Shown here: piece by piece, positions 12,746 to 27,474 of the stretch
Layout of the letters: the number at the start of each line of letters is the position of its first letter
Numbering within the stretch: the stretch's first letter is position 1
Source: the human T2T-CHM13v2.0 reference genome, Homo sapiens
NCBI RefSeq assembly: GCF_009914755.1
Contig: NC_060927.1
DNA: 64,000 bases
Reading direction: 5' to 3' (one strand)
Notes under the pieces: generated by a model
Told to the model about the DNA's origin: nothing
Database searches by the model: none
The model's input: only the letters and a program-made list of their open reading frames with translations
Translations under genes and position numbers: made by a program

Positions 12746-15376
12746 GTAGAGATATTTGGCCTACATCACAGGACTCAAAAGTTATGAGCTAGGAATCACT
12801 CTATCTGACATCAGAAACCAAGAAGAACTATTTTGTAAATATAGGTGTTACTTTCTCTATTGCATTTCCGGGGAAGATTGTGACTTCCAGGGGCTATCCC
12901 AACTCACAAGTTGACTGCTGCAACCTTGGCATTTTGCTCATTTTCTTCTATTCTTTCCTTTACTAAGGGCATACATACCAACTTGCAGACTTCTGAAGAG
13001 ATGCTTAAAGTCCTTTTACATTAAATCAATGCACAAGATGTACCTGGAAAATTATCCTCTCATAAATTGGTCATAATGTAATAAGCCCAAATCATGCAGG
13101 ACGTTAAATACTATAAACTAATTTTTATCACCTAAAGTATTGGTAAATATATATTATATTTGAAAAATGTGTACTTTCCTATTTTGGTAAATAGGAATGG
13201 TGTGAAAATTAATTTATTCTTATTTTTAGATGCTATGTTCTAATTCCTCATTGGGTTTAACTCCTATCAATTGTCCCCATTAAATAACTTAATATCTTAT
13301 TTTTATTTCATGTGAAATATTCACATATGTTCACGTATACTTACTGCAATTATTTCAGAATGCTTTTTAATATCTTAGCACCCCTTATAAAATTGTCTTT
13401 GTTTTGCTTATGTTATTTTTATCATCTGGAAAATTTTCTTATTTCCCATTTAACCCATTTGTTTTTCCTTTTAAGAAATTTCAAACATATGTAAAAGTTA
13501 AAACATAAGAGTATAATGATCACACATTTCCCTATCATTTAGCTTCATTTTATAAACATACAGCCATTTATCATGCATAATATTTGTGTATGTATCTCTA
13601 AAGGAGAAGACTCCTTTTAAAATATATTTAGAATGCTGTGATACTATTATGCATAATTTTAGTAATTAAGTTTATATGATTATTTCATTTTATCAATACC
13701 TTTTCATTGATTTTGAAATATTGAGTCAAAATTTTAACTTTTATAGTCGCATCAGCCTGGCATGTTTCCATTGCTGGTATTTATGTGAAATTATGTACCT
13801 GAAATTCTAAGCTGGAGAGATGTGTCGGGACAGTTCTTCTGCCATAATAATTCTAGATCTTGCTCTTCTTTTACTTTCATAAGCAATATAAAAAATATGG
13901 TCTTATTCTTGTAAGGATTTCCTCTTTGTCCCCTTTTCTTCTTTTGGCTGTCTCTTCTCTTTTCCTTTCCTCTATTTTCCTTGTGGTGCTCAATATGGTC
14001 TTAGCCCTCAATAGTGTTTCCTCACTGTGAGGTTTTGTCCTGGTTAGAAATTCTCATTTCTTAAAGAACTTACAGGACCCCAGCTTTCTCCAGCCTTTTC
14101 AGTATTTGCCATGAGTCTCACAAATGGGAGTGCTGTAGTTCTTCTATTCTCTACATGCTGTTGACCCACTGTTTTTCCCTACACAATTTCCAAAATGCAC
14201 TTGTTGCTTATTTACTAGTGTTCCTGTTTTCAAATTGATCAGATGCCCTTTGCTTCCATCCAGTTTTCTCAAACAGATTCTGATACCTTGTGGACTGCAA
14301 AGCAGTGTTTTTTCTCTATCCACTTATATTTGTGCGTTCTTGGATATATATTTTCACCTGGTAATTGGATATTTTTTTGTTTTATTGGCTTATATGCCTT
14401 GACATCATTCTCCACCAATTTCTTATTTCCCACTTACACTTGAATGATAGTTTAGCTGAGCATAAAATTTAGACTGTTAGATTTTGTTTGGTTTGTTTGG
14501 TCTAAGGATTCTAAAGATACCTGTTACCTGGTGTCTGTTGTTGTTAGTGAAAATATGTTAACTCTGTTTTCATAATTTTATTTTCTTAATAGTTAATAAA
14601 TGAGCTACAAAAAGAACACACAAAACTATTAGCCATTTTTATAGCATGCTTAGAGTTTCATTTAAAAATTAACTATATTATTTCTTTATTTAACATTTTC
14701 ACATAATGTAATGCTTTTATTGCTTAAAGAAGTCATTTATGTTTTCTTCTGGATATACCATTTTGGGAATAAATTTTTTATATACTAGGAAGAAGTGAAT
14801 TATTAGTTCCAAAATGCTAGAACTTAGAAGTCAGGAGATAAATTTTTGTCTTTGCTATTAATTAAGTAGATAATTTTGGAATTTTCACTTAATTATTTTT
14901 TCTTAGTATATTATGTCTTTCACGGGGCTAGTAATGTATTATCCCTACTTTGGAGGAGGCTTCAAAAGACAATATTACCTTTTAAATATGTAAAGAGAAA
15001 AAAATAGCTCTATCAATTAGAACATTATTTGAACATTCGAATTTTTTAAATGATATAAAAAGATGAAAATGTCATAACATTTACTTGAAAATAAATAAAT
15101 ATCATAGTGTAATTATATGCATATATAGACATATAAAAATCTAAAATATAGCTTTTTCAATGTTAGATACATTTGAGGAGAAAAAATGATACAATGTTTT
15201 CATTGCACATTATTCAACATCAGTATAATATAACTTCAAATATTTCTTGTATATTCCTATAAAAATAACATAATAAATAATTCTACAAGTTAAAAAAATT
15301 ACATAGGATAAAATATAGAAAGTATATAATATTATTTACCATAGTAAAGTAGAAGTAAGCATAGAAATAGGAGAAT

Positions 15377-15631
15377 ACTCACTCATGAATGGGAGTTGAA
15401 CAATGGGAACATATGGGCACAGGGAGGGGAACATCACACACTAGGGCCTGTTGTTGGGTGGGGAGCAAGGGGAGGGATAGCATTAGGAGAAATACCTAAC
15501 ATAGATGTAGGTGATGGGTTGATGGATGCAGCAAGGCACCATGGCACAAGTATACCTATGTAACAAACCTGCACACTCTGCATAAGTTTCCCACAACTTA
15601 AAGTATAATAAAAAATGAGTAATTAAAAAAA
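15377..15631 (+). mobile_element. 5'-truncated L1PA (PA7/8-like) 3' UTR
   Basis: gggagggatagcattaggagaaatacctaa..aacttaaagtataataaaaa. TSD agaaat(a/t)ggagaat at 15363-15376 and 15632-15645. Confidence 0.92.
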
Positions 15632-17437
15632 AGAAATTGGAGAATCATTATACTTATATTTTAAAATGTGTTGTATTTTCAGAGTCATATTCTTGATGTG
15701 CTCATAAAACAACCAATCATGTTTCCATTAACATGTAAGATAATATATGCCATTTGAAATTGCTTCGGAAACTATCATTGAAAGTTTCACTAAAATGAGA
15801 AATGTTTTTAAGAATATTCCTTTTATTTCTTATTTACCAATTAATTTATTTACAATGTTAAGCTGAGAAATGATTTGACAGGTTCTTTTTTATTCATGTC
15901 ATAGTGTTATATATTATCAATCATGTATGAGAAAGACAATAATTCTTTTTAATAAGCTAACAATATAAAATGTACTTCGATAAAATAAAACATTAATAAT
16001 TTATAGTAAATCTCTTGCATGAAGGAGTATTGCTTCTGACAAATAAATCAATAAACACATGGGATATATCATTATGATTGCTTATGCTAAGTAGAACAAA
16101 ACAGAAATATTCAATCTGTTTTTTATCAAGTTTACACGTAAGAAAAACTTAGTCAAGCTTTCAAGCTTTACCTTTTTAAGATGATTTTCATCTTATTTTC
16201 ATTTGCAATGAGTGTATATTTCTAACCAACTTTTACACACACTAAATACACACTCTTTTATGCTGGTTGCCACAACACTTTGCATCCAGATTCAGAGTTA
16301 AATATGTTAGCTTCATTTTGGTTAATTAGAACATTATCTCTAAGTACACAGCTTTTTTGGGTGGTGTGAAAAAAAATAGACATAGAGAACAGGGTATTGA
16401 ATACATCAATATGTGCATGTTAAAATGACTTGTTTCTAATTATAATACATAGCTTATTTCTTAAAGGCTACTTAATATTTAAGTGTTGTAACTCAAAAAA
16501 TGAACAGACTATGCTAAAAAAACTCAATGACATAATCATTTACTTTCATATTTCTTTTATATGTTAGGTATAATGATTCACATCTATTAGGTTATTACCT
16601 AATGTATTTATAACCAAGAAACAAACAATTTTATTGTCTATGAATAAAATGTTTCTTCTTGTGAACTTATATTTTAAAATAAGATTTCATTTTCTGTGGT
16701 TAAAAATATCCTAAGGTAAAGGATATTACATTTAAACATTTTTTATCTTATATTTAAATAAAGTGCAGATGATCACATTTACACACAACGCAAGCAGAAT
16801 AGCAAATCTATTATCTGTTATAAAGTCTATTTTTCATTATACACAATATGGTAAAGTTGCAAATGGAACCAAAGCTTCACATCAAAACAGCTAAACACAT
16901 ATACGTAAAAACTTGTTTATTTTTTCCTCTCCGTTCAACAAAGTATTTGTCAGAGGACGATATGATGATTCTTGCTCAGACACTGCTTTACAGGAGTTTT
17001 GTAGAAGCTGTTTTTAAAATGAAGATTCTAATTCTTTTGTTGCAAATAGATTCAGTGCCCACTTTGTGCATAGACCTGCCTGAGGCATGCAGGGGAGGCC
17101 AGTTCTGCAACTCGAAGTGTCTTTGTGATAGAAGATATATCCTTTTTAATATTTAAATATTTTATTACAAGGCAGAAAATAAATCCAACACAGAAAAGTG
17201 AGACAAAGTGCCATGAGAATACAAAGGACAAAAAAGGTAGTTTTAGGGTTGATAAAGGCTGGGAGTGGGAGGCGTTAGAAAACTTCAATTAAGTAGTTTT
17301 ATTAATTTTTCTTTATCAGTGCCAAGAAAATATAGTGGTTTTGTCAAATTTTATTTGTTATTTTCTGTCAGTGAATTTTCTGGAAAACAGAACATTCATT
17401 AGGGAATTTTTGAAGTTAAAAATAAATAATTAGGCAT

Positions 17438-18670
17438 TTGGAGTAAGATGGTTGAATAGAAGCCTCCAGCAATTGTCCTCCCACTCCCTCAGTGACACCA
17501 GATTGAACAACTATCCACACAAAAAAGTACTTTCATAAGAACCAGAATTCAGGAGAGCAATCACCGTACCTGGTTTTAACATTATATTAATGAAAAGGCA
17601 CTGAAGAGGGTAGGGAAGAGTCTTGAATTGCCTACATTACAATCCTAAAGCCATTTGGCCAGGAGTGGCCACATGGCTTGGACAGAGAATATGTTAGCTT
17701 GAAAAAGGAAGAGCACAGTGGTTGTGAAACTTTGTCTTGGAACTTAGTGTGGCGCTGTCACAGCAGAAAGCAAATTCAAGAAGAACTCAACCAGCATCCA
17801 CAGAGGGAGCATTTAGACCAACTATAGCCAGAAGAGAATTGCCCATCTCAGCGGTCAGAACTTGAGTTCCAGCAAGCTCTGCCACTGTGGGCTAAAATGA
17901 TCTAGGGTCCTAAATAAATGGAAAAGGTTGTCTACTAACACAAGGACTGCAATTTCTGGGCAAGCCCTGGTACTGTGCTGGTCTCAGAGCCAGTGACTTG
18001 GAGCACATGTAATATAGTAAGACACCAGCTGGGGCAGCCAGATTAGTGCTTATGCCATTCCTCAGCCAACCCCAGGCAGCACAGCATGCAGCTCCAGGGG
18101 AGACTACTTCCTTCCACTTAAGGAGGGGAAAGGGAGGAGGAGAGAGGACTTTGTCTTGCAACTTAGATACCAGTACAGCCACAGTAGGATAGGGCATCAG
18201 GCAGAGTCCTAAAGCCCATGTTCTAGACTCTAGCTCCTGGATATTTCTAAACACACTCTGGGCTAGAAAGGGAACCTGCTGCCCTAAAGGGAAGGACTGT
18301 GTCTTGGCAGAATTTCTCACCTGCTCACTAAAGAGCCCTTGGGCTTTTAAAAATAAACAGTGGCAGCCAGGCAGTACTTAACTGTGGGTCTTGGGTGAGG
18401 CTCAGAGCCATGCTGGATTTAGGTGTGACCCAACACATTCCCAGCTGCGGTGACTAAGTGGAGAGACCCCGTATGCTTGAGGAAAGAAGAGGGAAGAGTA
18501 AAGGGGACTCTGTCTTGTAGCTTGGGCATGAGCTTGCCCACAGTGAGACAGAGCAGGAAGCCCATTCCTGGCATCTGTGATTGCGGGCTTTGGCTCCTGG
18601 ATGACATCTCTATACATGCTGTGGGCCAGAGGGGAGCCCATTACACTGAGAAGAGAGAATCAGGACTCTC
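17438..18670 (+). mobile_element. Isolated L1 5' UTR (L1PB/L1MA-type)
   Basis: Starts ggagtaagatggttgaatagaagcctcc..aacaactatccacacaaaaaag (L1 5' terminus with a YY1-like aagatgg site). Internally repeated UTR monomers. No ORF1 follows. Confidence 0.75.
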
Positions 18671-18769
18671 TTCTCAGAGTATTATATTATATTATTATAC
18701 AGACATTAGGCAATTCTGTATGGAATATGACTAAAATGTAGAAACAGCTCCCCTAAATGGATGGCAAGG

Positions 18770-18915
18770 TTTGGACTCTGGCTGATATGAGGTTCCAATC
18801 TCAGATCTGTCATTGTTAGCATTCTTTATCTCTAAAAATATTACATTATTTAATGAGCTGATATTTTTAGAGTGCTTAGGACCTTACTTGTCGTGACCAA
18901 CTATTAGTAGTGCTT
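18770..18915 (+). mobile_element. MIR relic
   Basis: aggttccaatctcagatctgtca..agagtgcttagg. Confidence 0.4.
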
Positions 18916-19184
18916 TTTATTTACTTGTCAATTAGTTCATGTGTTCTTTTTACATTACTGTAACTGGTAGCTGAGTTCATGTAATTTTGAAGATAGTAAA
19001 AATGATGCTAGTGAATACTGAAGGAATTGGAGAACCTTTATTTCCTTCCAGTCCTGATACTACTCTATGAATAAGCATGAGTGTATTTTCTGTAGTTGAA
19101 ACTTCAAGGGAGCCTAATTTGTATAGTTACAGCTTAAAACTTGTATTTTGATCCTTTGAAAGCTGTAAAGACAAAACGTCTAGG

Positions 19185-19660
19185 CCAGTGTTTATCAAGA
19201 GTGGTGTGTGGATACCCATAGCTGTCTCCAAGACTCTTTTAGGAGATTTCCAAGGTCAAACTATTTTCAAAAGGCCACTCACATGTTGTTTAATCTTTTC
19301 ACTCTTTTTTTCATGAATATATAGTGGTGTTCTCCAGGGATTGCATGACATATGAGATTGCAATTGATGGAACATAGAAGTAAATACGAGAATCCAGTTG
19401 TCATTTATGAAGTCAAATATTAAAAAGATTTCTGGAAACATAAAACATTGCAACTCTTCTAATTTTTTCAAAAATAGTTATTTTTAATAGTGTTATTAAT
19501 GTTTACATATGCTCTTAAAAATGAAGTAATAAACACAGTTTAAACTTTGTTATGATTTCTAATATAGTAAGTATCAGTAAATAATCCACTCAAAGGAACA
19601 AAGCTTTTTGTTGTTCTCAACTTTGTTATCCTCAGTCATTTTTCAAGAATCTAGACAGGT
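19185..19660 (+). mobile_element. hAT-Charlie non-autonomous element (Charlie4a/MER119-like)
   Basis: aggtcaaactattttca..gagaatccagttgtc..aaaacattgcaactcttct motifs. Confidence 0.65.
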
Positions 19661-20801
19661 CTAAAAATAAAATTTAAGTAGAAAATTTTTATTCAAGGGT
19701 TAACACCGGCTATTACAAAATTAAAACTTATGGCTAATGACAGTAAGAACAATTAAGGGAAAAGCAGAAAAGCAAGGTAGTTCTCACAAATATGGACACC
19801 AGAGAAAGGAACAAGTGGAGATAAATGGAGGAGAGACAGAATCTGATCTGCTCTACAACCCTGTTATTTTGGCAGGTGTTACTCTGGCAGTACCTAGATT
19901 TCTACCCTTATATGCTGCCACATTAATGCAAACAATTATCATTGGAAAGGCAGGAAATGTCATTGTTAAGTCTGCGCAACCAATTTTCTGTTGTGAAGAA
20001 CGGTGTTTCTTTGAATTTAGTATTGGCTTACCTCACAAAATTATATTACTGTATTTTAGACAGAGTGCTTTGCATTATCATATTTTTCTCAATATTTTGG
20101 ATATGGTATAAAGCCTTCATTTTTAAATTTATTATATATGCTTATATAATAATAATTAACTTGATAGCATGTTGTTAATGTAAGCGTATTTAAAAGGTAA
20201 TAAAGAGAAATATAATCATGACATATATTTATTTTGTCATGTAAAAATTAGAGATTTTTTTGTAGTTATTCACACTGAGCATAGGTGAAATTAAGTTAAT
20301 TATTATTTTTAAATGGTAAAAATATTGTTTTGTGATAAATTTAAGTTAAATACAATCACTTGATAAAAGAAAACCTACCATTTTCTTTTGCAAATGATGA
20401 TTCAATAATGAAAAAGAGAGCTTATGTTGAATTACACTATTAACAAAGATATATTTGTATTATTATCTCATTAAATAAAATTATAAAGGCAGCAGAACAG
20501 ACAAATAAATTATGATCTCAACTGTCTTTCAGTGTTTCTAATCTTGGTGGCAAGATTTTTATATACTGTTTCAAAAAATCCTATTTAGCTATTGACTTTT
20601 ACTAATAAAAAAACAAGAGGTCAAGTTAGTTACATTATTATAAATAATTAATATTATCTAGCTTTAATCTTACCTAATTTCAAAAATCAAATATGAAGCA
20701 AGCACCACTGCCTTTATAGATGATAGTATTTGGTTAGGTAACTATACAAGAATGTTCCAACATATGGTATATAATGATACAATTTTAAAATGTTTATTTC
20801 A

Positions 20802-21175
<374 letters not shown>

Positions 21176-21739
21176 TCACATATAACCTATCATATCAACA
21201 TGGCCAATTTCCTGAATAGTGTGATGAAGCCTGTTAATTTAGGGAACATTTCACTTTAAAACTGTAAATCAGGTTTTCTCATGTCAATGTTCAACCTGAG
21301 GAGTACATGGGATTTAAGACTCACCATACAGTTATTTACTACTGTTACCTTCATTAACTTTCTTTATACAAATCCATCAAAGGTAATACCATTCTTTTCA
21401 GCATTAATTGACCTAACATTCTTACCAAATTCTTGTTAAAAAAAATTCCCAGAAGTTCTTGCTTAACAAAACTTTTGCTTTAAAAATTCTTCAGGAGTTT
21501 ATTTTTCAGTAGACCACTTAAACTATTGATCTATTTCTATGAATTGGAGCTCTATCGCAATATCGTAAAAACAAGAACTGTGATTTAACTAATGTGTACA
21601 TATTTGTCATGAAAATATGCTCTGGTAAAATAGAGCAAAGATAGGAAATTCAAATTAGTTGGATCTTGTAATGAACAAAATATGCCGAGACATGGGGGAA
21701 GGATTGTGAGTAGAGTGTGTGTGTGATTCAGCTAAGGGG

Positions 21740-21950
21740 ACACAGCAGTCAATTCAAACAGATGGCTGCCTATGGCAATGAAGGCTCGGTATTGCCATTG
21801 CCAAATACTCTTATTTGTCAAGAAAAGTGGAAAATCTGGATTTTTATATGGAATCTTATATTTTATATATTTTGGCACAAACAAAAACCAAAACAACTAC
21901 TTTTGCTTCAGAGGGCATGTATCTTCTACTAAGGCACCTGGCAGTGACAA
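21740..21950. mobile_element. MER102-like hAT-Charlie fragment
   Basis: tcaagaaaagtggaaaatctggatttttatatggaatct. Confidence 0.5.
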
Positions 21951-22459
21951 CTGGTTTAATTAACTGTTTACCATTGAGTGACTATTAATCAACATTACAA
22001 TGTTTGTAGGGTGCAGCTTTAGAGATAAAACATTGCAATTATATTTGAAATGTATATTTCCAAAATAATTTTAAGTCTTCTTTCTCCTAAAAACAAAAAA
22101 CAAAATCCTACCTGCAGACTGCTTCATTAAACCTTTCATTATTATTACACTTCTGAAAATTTACTTGTAGAAACAGGGTCCTAAACTAAGTTTTCTTGAT
22201 ACCTCTTATTCTTGAGTAATAGAAAAAAAATACTATCTTCTTTTCGATTTAGGTCAGAAAAGAGAGGTAGTGGTGCACTATGTAATTTCTGCAGGTATAG
22301 ATTTTATAGATATAGATACAGGAAATTCTGAGATAGAAGGGAGTTATTTTTTATCCGTAGACTAATAGTATATGTGTTTGCTTATTTTTAATGTGTTTAG
22401 AATGTTTCATAAAGATGAATTCTAGCCAAACTTGTCATTTTTAAATAAATGTGCCTTGA

Positions 22460-22770
22460 TTTTTTTTTTTTTTTTTTGAGACGGAATCTCACTGTGTCGC
22501 CCAGGCTGGAGTGTAGTGGCGCCATCTCAGCTCACTGCAAGCTCTGCCTCCCAGGTTCACGCCATTCTCCTGCCTCAGCCTCCGGAGCAGCGGAGCAGCC
22601 CGCCACCACGCCCAGCTAATTTTTTTTTTATTTCTTTTTTTTTTTTATTTTTAGTAGGGACAGGGTTTCACCGTGTTAGCCAGGATGGTCTCGATCTCCT
22701 CACCTTGTGATTCGCCCACCTTGGCCTCCCAAAGTGCTGGGATTACAGGCGTGAGCCACCGTGCCCGGCC
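22460..22770 (-). mobile_element. AluY with an internal rearrangement
   Basis: gcaagctctgcctcccaggttcacgccattctcc; ttcaccgtgttagccaggatggtctcgatctcc. Confidence 0.95.
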
Positions 22771-24589
22771 GACATTTTTTCTTGACTTTATTTACTGTTT
22801 ATGTGAGTAAAGGAAGAATTATTTCCAAAAATAAAAGTTGAAAGTGGCTGCAAGATGATACCTTATGCCCTTAGTGTCTGGTATATAGTTAGTTAACTAC
22901 TGAGCCTCTGCTCAACTGAAATAGGGTTTTCTCAAACCTTATCTCTTTTGTGGTATCTGGCTACACAAAGGGTAGTGTTTACCCCAGTTGCTCTTAGTCA
23001 GGTGGCAATTATTTAATTATATGGCTAAGAAATATATGCACTGTTCCTTGCATTTATATTAGGAAATTGCTTATTTTATTGAGCCCTATTCTATAATCTT
23101 TGAATACATGTAGAAATAAAGTCTTTCATGTTTGATTGAATGGGCAAGATGTAGCTCTGAAGTCTTGTAAGGCATAGAGGTTGATTATTCTAGTTGTGGG
23201 GACAATGCATGAGAGGCTTTGATCAAGCAAGAGCTGAGGGTAGGGGCATATGCCAGTAGAATAAATATCTTCCCCTGTTCCTAGATGTCTTACGCAAGCT
23301 TTTGTGAACCAGAGTGAAGAAGGCCCATGTCAATAATTAAGTTTTTTAAACTAGAGTATTTCTGATCACAGTACTTTCATGAAACACCTTCAATATATGT
23401 GTGAAAATTGTTAACTATTTTATTTAGATTCCAGTGTGGATTTAAGTTGTAAAAATTTTTACCAATATATTCACAGAAAATAGTGTAGGGCATAAAAAAG
23501 GAGCACTAGTCTGACCCCATATTTATATGGAACTTAATATATTTCAAATTCCATAGTATGGCATTCTTTCTGGGAGATAAAATTTTTAAAACATAGTTAT
23601 GGAAATAAAAATTAATTAATATACACTGAAATACAGGGAATATAACTAGTTAAAATTCATAAAAACATAATTCATAAAACTAAAGTATGGTTTAAAAATT
23701 GAGCTTTCCTCTGACCAAGAGATTACAAAAAAAAAAAATTGCTGTCATTTTTATGCTACGGGTTTCCAGTAGAACTTTCCTGACTCAGGTCCAATGACTA
23801 ACAAGTAGACTAATCTAAGTTTAGTATTTCTTTGTTCATCCTTTATTAGAGGTGTGAAGAAGCACTAAAAAGATCAAAAGTCAGGCAACAAGAGAGAGAA
23901 ATATTATAATAACGTGCTGATTATATAAATAAATAACTAAATATCTGAGAACATATAGGCTTCAATTATCTTAATCTTGAGAAAGCTACTCATGGAGCTT
24001 GAGTTTTAACCTACCTAGTAATCTAATAATATGTATAATTAAATAATTAACTCTGGGTAAATAACAGACCAAAAATACTGTACTTAGCCCACATTTGTTC
24101 AATCTTTAATTACTTGGAACTACAGAAAATTGTATTGCAATAATGCACTCAGCAGCATTACAAACCCGTTGGCAGATTAATTTAATTGTCAAATTATCAT
24201 CATTTCTAAGTGACTGTGTTATGATGTATGGAATGAAAATATATTTAGTAAACTTGTATAAAATAAACTTCTAGTAAATAATTTTAATTTTCTTTTTAAT
24301 AAAAGTACACTGTGAACTAACAAGTACAGTGGAAGAAACAATTTTAAATTCAGCCAAGTTACAAAAGAAATTATTCCTAAGACTTTTTAGTCTAAAGATG
24401 GAAACCAGGAGACTTGTTTACCCTTTCTCATGTGAAATTCTAATGAGTAATGACAACAGCTTCTAGGCAGATGATTCGAGTCTGTTAAGAATGTTTGTGT
24501 CATACAGATGAAAAGGAAAGAGAACAACTATAATTAGGAAAGCCATTCTGATCACTGGTTTAAAGATCAGCAGTACTTATCTGTTGGTC

Positions 24590-24715
24590 TTGGGATCAAT
24601 GATTCTAAGACAACTTGACTACTGAGAGTACATGTGTTGTCAGACTAATTGGAGAAACTGGCACTGATGCAGCAACTGGGAGTGAACTAGAGCAGCTTCA
24701 AAATGTCAACACTTC
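24590..24715 (+). mobile_element. Ancient mariner-like (MARNA-like) DNA transposon relic, copy A
   Basis: Homologous to 32283-32405. Degenerate translation (..CVVRLIGE..) resembles the mariner transposase HTH region. Confidence 0.5.
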
Positions 24716-24969
24716 TATAAAACAGAGTTTTGGTTAAAAAAGAAAAAATCCTTCATATTTCATAAATAAGAAGTATAATAATACTATGATTGATAGACTG
24801 CCCCTTACAGTTATAGGAGGAATGAGCAGGTATACAGCCTGTGGAATCATGGTTGTGTCACTTAATTTTCTTGAGATTATTGTCTCACTGATAAAAAGGC
24901 AAAAGAATATTTTCCTCTCAGGTTTGGAATGAGGATAATTTTTTTGAAGATCATCAAAATTATAAACCA

Positions 24970-25265
24970 CTATTCAAATTATATTTTTCACCAGAATATT
25001 TTCTCAGGCCTTTATGCATAAGAATACCCCAATGTGCATTCATGGAAGTTGTGGCAAATTTTCCAGAAGGTTGATAGTTACTATTCCAGGGGTTCTGTTG
25101 ACCAACATTTGGAAAATGTGGATATAAGCACATGCAAAGGTATTCCTTTACTTAAGGATTTTTCAGAGTCCTGTTCATATGCTGGTTTCTTTGACATTCC
25201 AAAGTTCTGTGGGAAATAAAATCTGAAGGATCCCAAATATGCTTGACCACAGAACCTTTCATTCC
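24970..25265. mobile_element. hAT-Charlie relics (MER112/113-like)
   Basis: aacatttggaaaatgtgga; ttgaccacagaacc terminal-like motifs. Confidence 0.35.
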
Positions 25266-25871
25266 ATGGGGTATTTTAAGGGATTGATATGCAAAGCTGA
25301 CTCTGAAGTAGTTTTCAGAGGCCCATGCACCAAAAAGCAGCTGTATTGTTTTGTGTAGTTTGTGATGAGGGGCAAGGTTTATTAACACAGTCTACATGGT
25401 TTTGTATCCTGGTGCCTTCACTTACCATGTGTCTCTCTCTAACCATAAGCTAATGTTATTTTTCTTTTGTTATATTATGTCTATCTTGTTACATTATATA
25501 GTATATATGTTATATTGAAAGATGTAAAATTTTTCAAATAGCACGTTGTATAAAATGCATAGTACAGGTTAGCAATTATTTTTAACCCATTTGAAAATAA
25601 AACCCTGGGTAAAGTATTGTGTTGCTTCTTTTTACTCATGTATAGTTTTATGTAAATGCCAAGAATACTTTTTGTCATGAGAATCATTTGTCCAGTGATA
25701 TTAAAACATATGTTTTACTTTTATTTTAAAAGCGCGTGTTGAGCTCCCTCAATTGAAGAAATGTCTATTCAAGGCCTCTGCCTAGTTTTTAAATTGGGCT
25801 CTTACATTGCAATTGAGTTGTAGGAGTAATGTATATATATCTTTATTGAACCCTTAAAAGATCCATAGTGA

Positions 25872-26199
25872 GGCCTGGTGCAGTGGCTCACGCCTGTAAT
25901 CCCAGCACTTTGGGAGGCCGAGGCGGGTGAATCACAAGGTCAGGATATTGAGACCATCCCGGCTAACACGGTGAAACCTCATTTCTACAAAAAAAAAAAA
26001 AAAAAAAAAGAGAGAGAAATTAGCCGGGCGAGGTGGTGGGCGGCTGTAGTTCCAGCTACTCGGAAGGCTGACGCAGGAGAACGGCGGGAAGCCAGGAGGC
26101 GGGGCTTGCAGTGAGCCAAGATCCCGCCACTACACTCCAGTCTGGGCGACAGAGTGAGACTCCGTCTCAAAAAAAATAAATAAAAATAAATAATTTTAA
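25872..26199 (+). mobile_element. AluY-type SINE with an expanded middle A tract
   Basis: gagaccatcccggctaacacggtg. TSD aaaagatccatagtg at 25856-25870 and 26200-26214. Confidence 0.95.
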
Positions 26200-27091
26200 A
26201 AAAGATCCATAGTGTGCAAATCTTTTTTTCCTATTCTTTAGGTTGCCTTTTCTCTATATTGATTATTTGCTGTGCAGAAACTCTTCAGTTTGATGCAGTC
26301 CCACATATATATTTTTCCCTTTGTTGCTTGTGTTTTTGATGTCATATCCAAGAAATAATTGCCTAGAACAATGGCATTAAGCTTTTCCCTAGAATTTTCC
26401 TTAAGGAGTTTTATAGTTTCAGGCATATACCAGTAAATATTTAATGCATTTTGAGTTTATTTTTGTGTATGGCATAATATAAAGATCCAATTTCATTTTT
26501 GCATGTGGATATCCAGTTTTCCAAACACTGCTTGTTGAAAAGACTATCATTTTCCTCTTGTGTATTCACCTTTGCCAAAGATTAGTTGACTGAATATACA
26601 TGAGTTTATTTCAAAACACACCAAACTGTACTAGCAAATATGTGGAGAAATTGGAACTTGTACACTATTGATAGGAATGTAAAATATTGCAGCACTATGG
26701 AAAACAGTACGGAACTTCCTCAAAGTTAAAAACAGAATTACCATAAGATCTAAGAATCCCTACTCTGGGAATATCCCAAAATATTAAAGTCAGTATTTCA
26801 AAAAGATATATGCCCTGTTCATTGAATCAGTCATAGTAGCCAAGATATGGAAACAACCTAAATGTCTATCAGTGGATGAATGAATAAAGAAAATGTGGTA
26901 TATACATGAATAGTATATTATGAAGATTTAAAAAATAAAGACATCCTGCCATATGCAACAACATGTATGAACATGGAGGACACTATTCTAGAACAAATAA
27001 TGCATGATTGCACTCACAGGAGAAAAATAATGCATGATTACACTCATACATTATATCTAAAATAGTCAAATTTATAGAAATAGAAGGTAGA

Positions 27092-27418
<327 letters not shown>

Positions 27419-27474
27419 AGAAATAGAAGGTAGAATGATGGTAGCCAAGGGCCAGGAGGAGCGGGAAATGGGGG

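Noticed and set aside
16848-17156. 102-aa ORF and an OCT4-SOX2-like motif (cttttgttgcaaat)
   Set aside because: No recognised homology; the motif has wrong spacing and an imperfect octamer
19737-20178. 124-aa ORF in non-repeat DNA
   Set aside because: No recognisable domain and no exon structure. May be unique noncoding DNA, but coding is unsupported.
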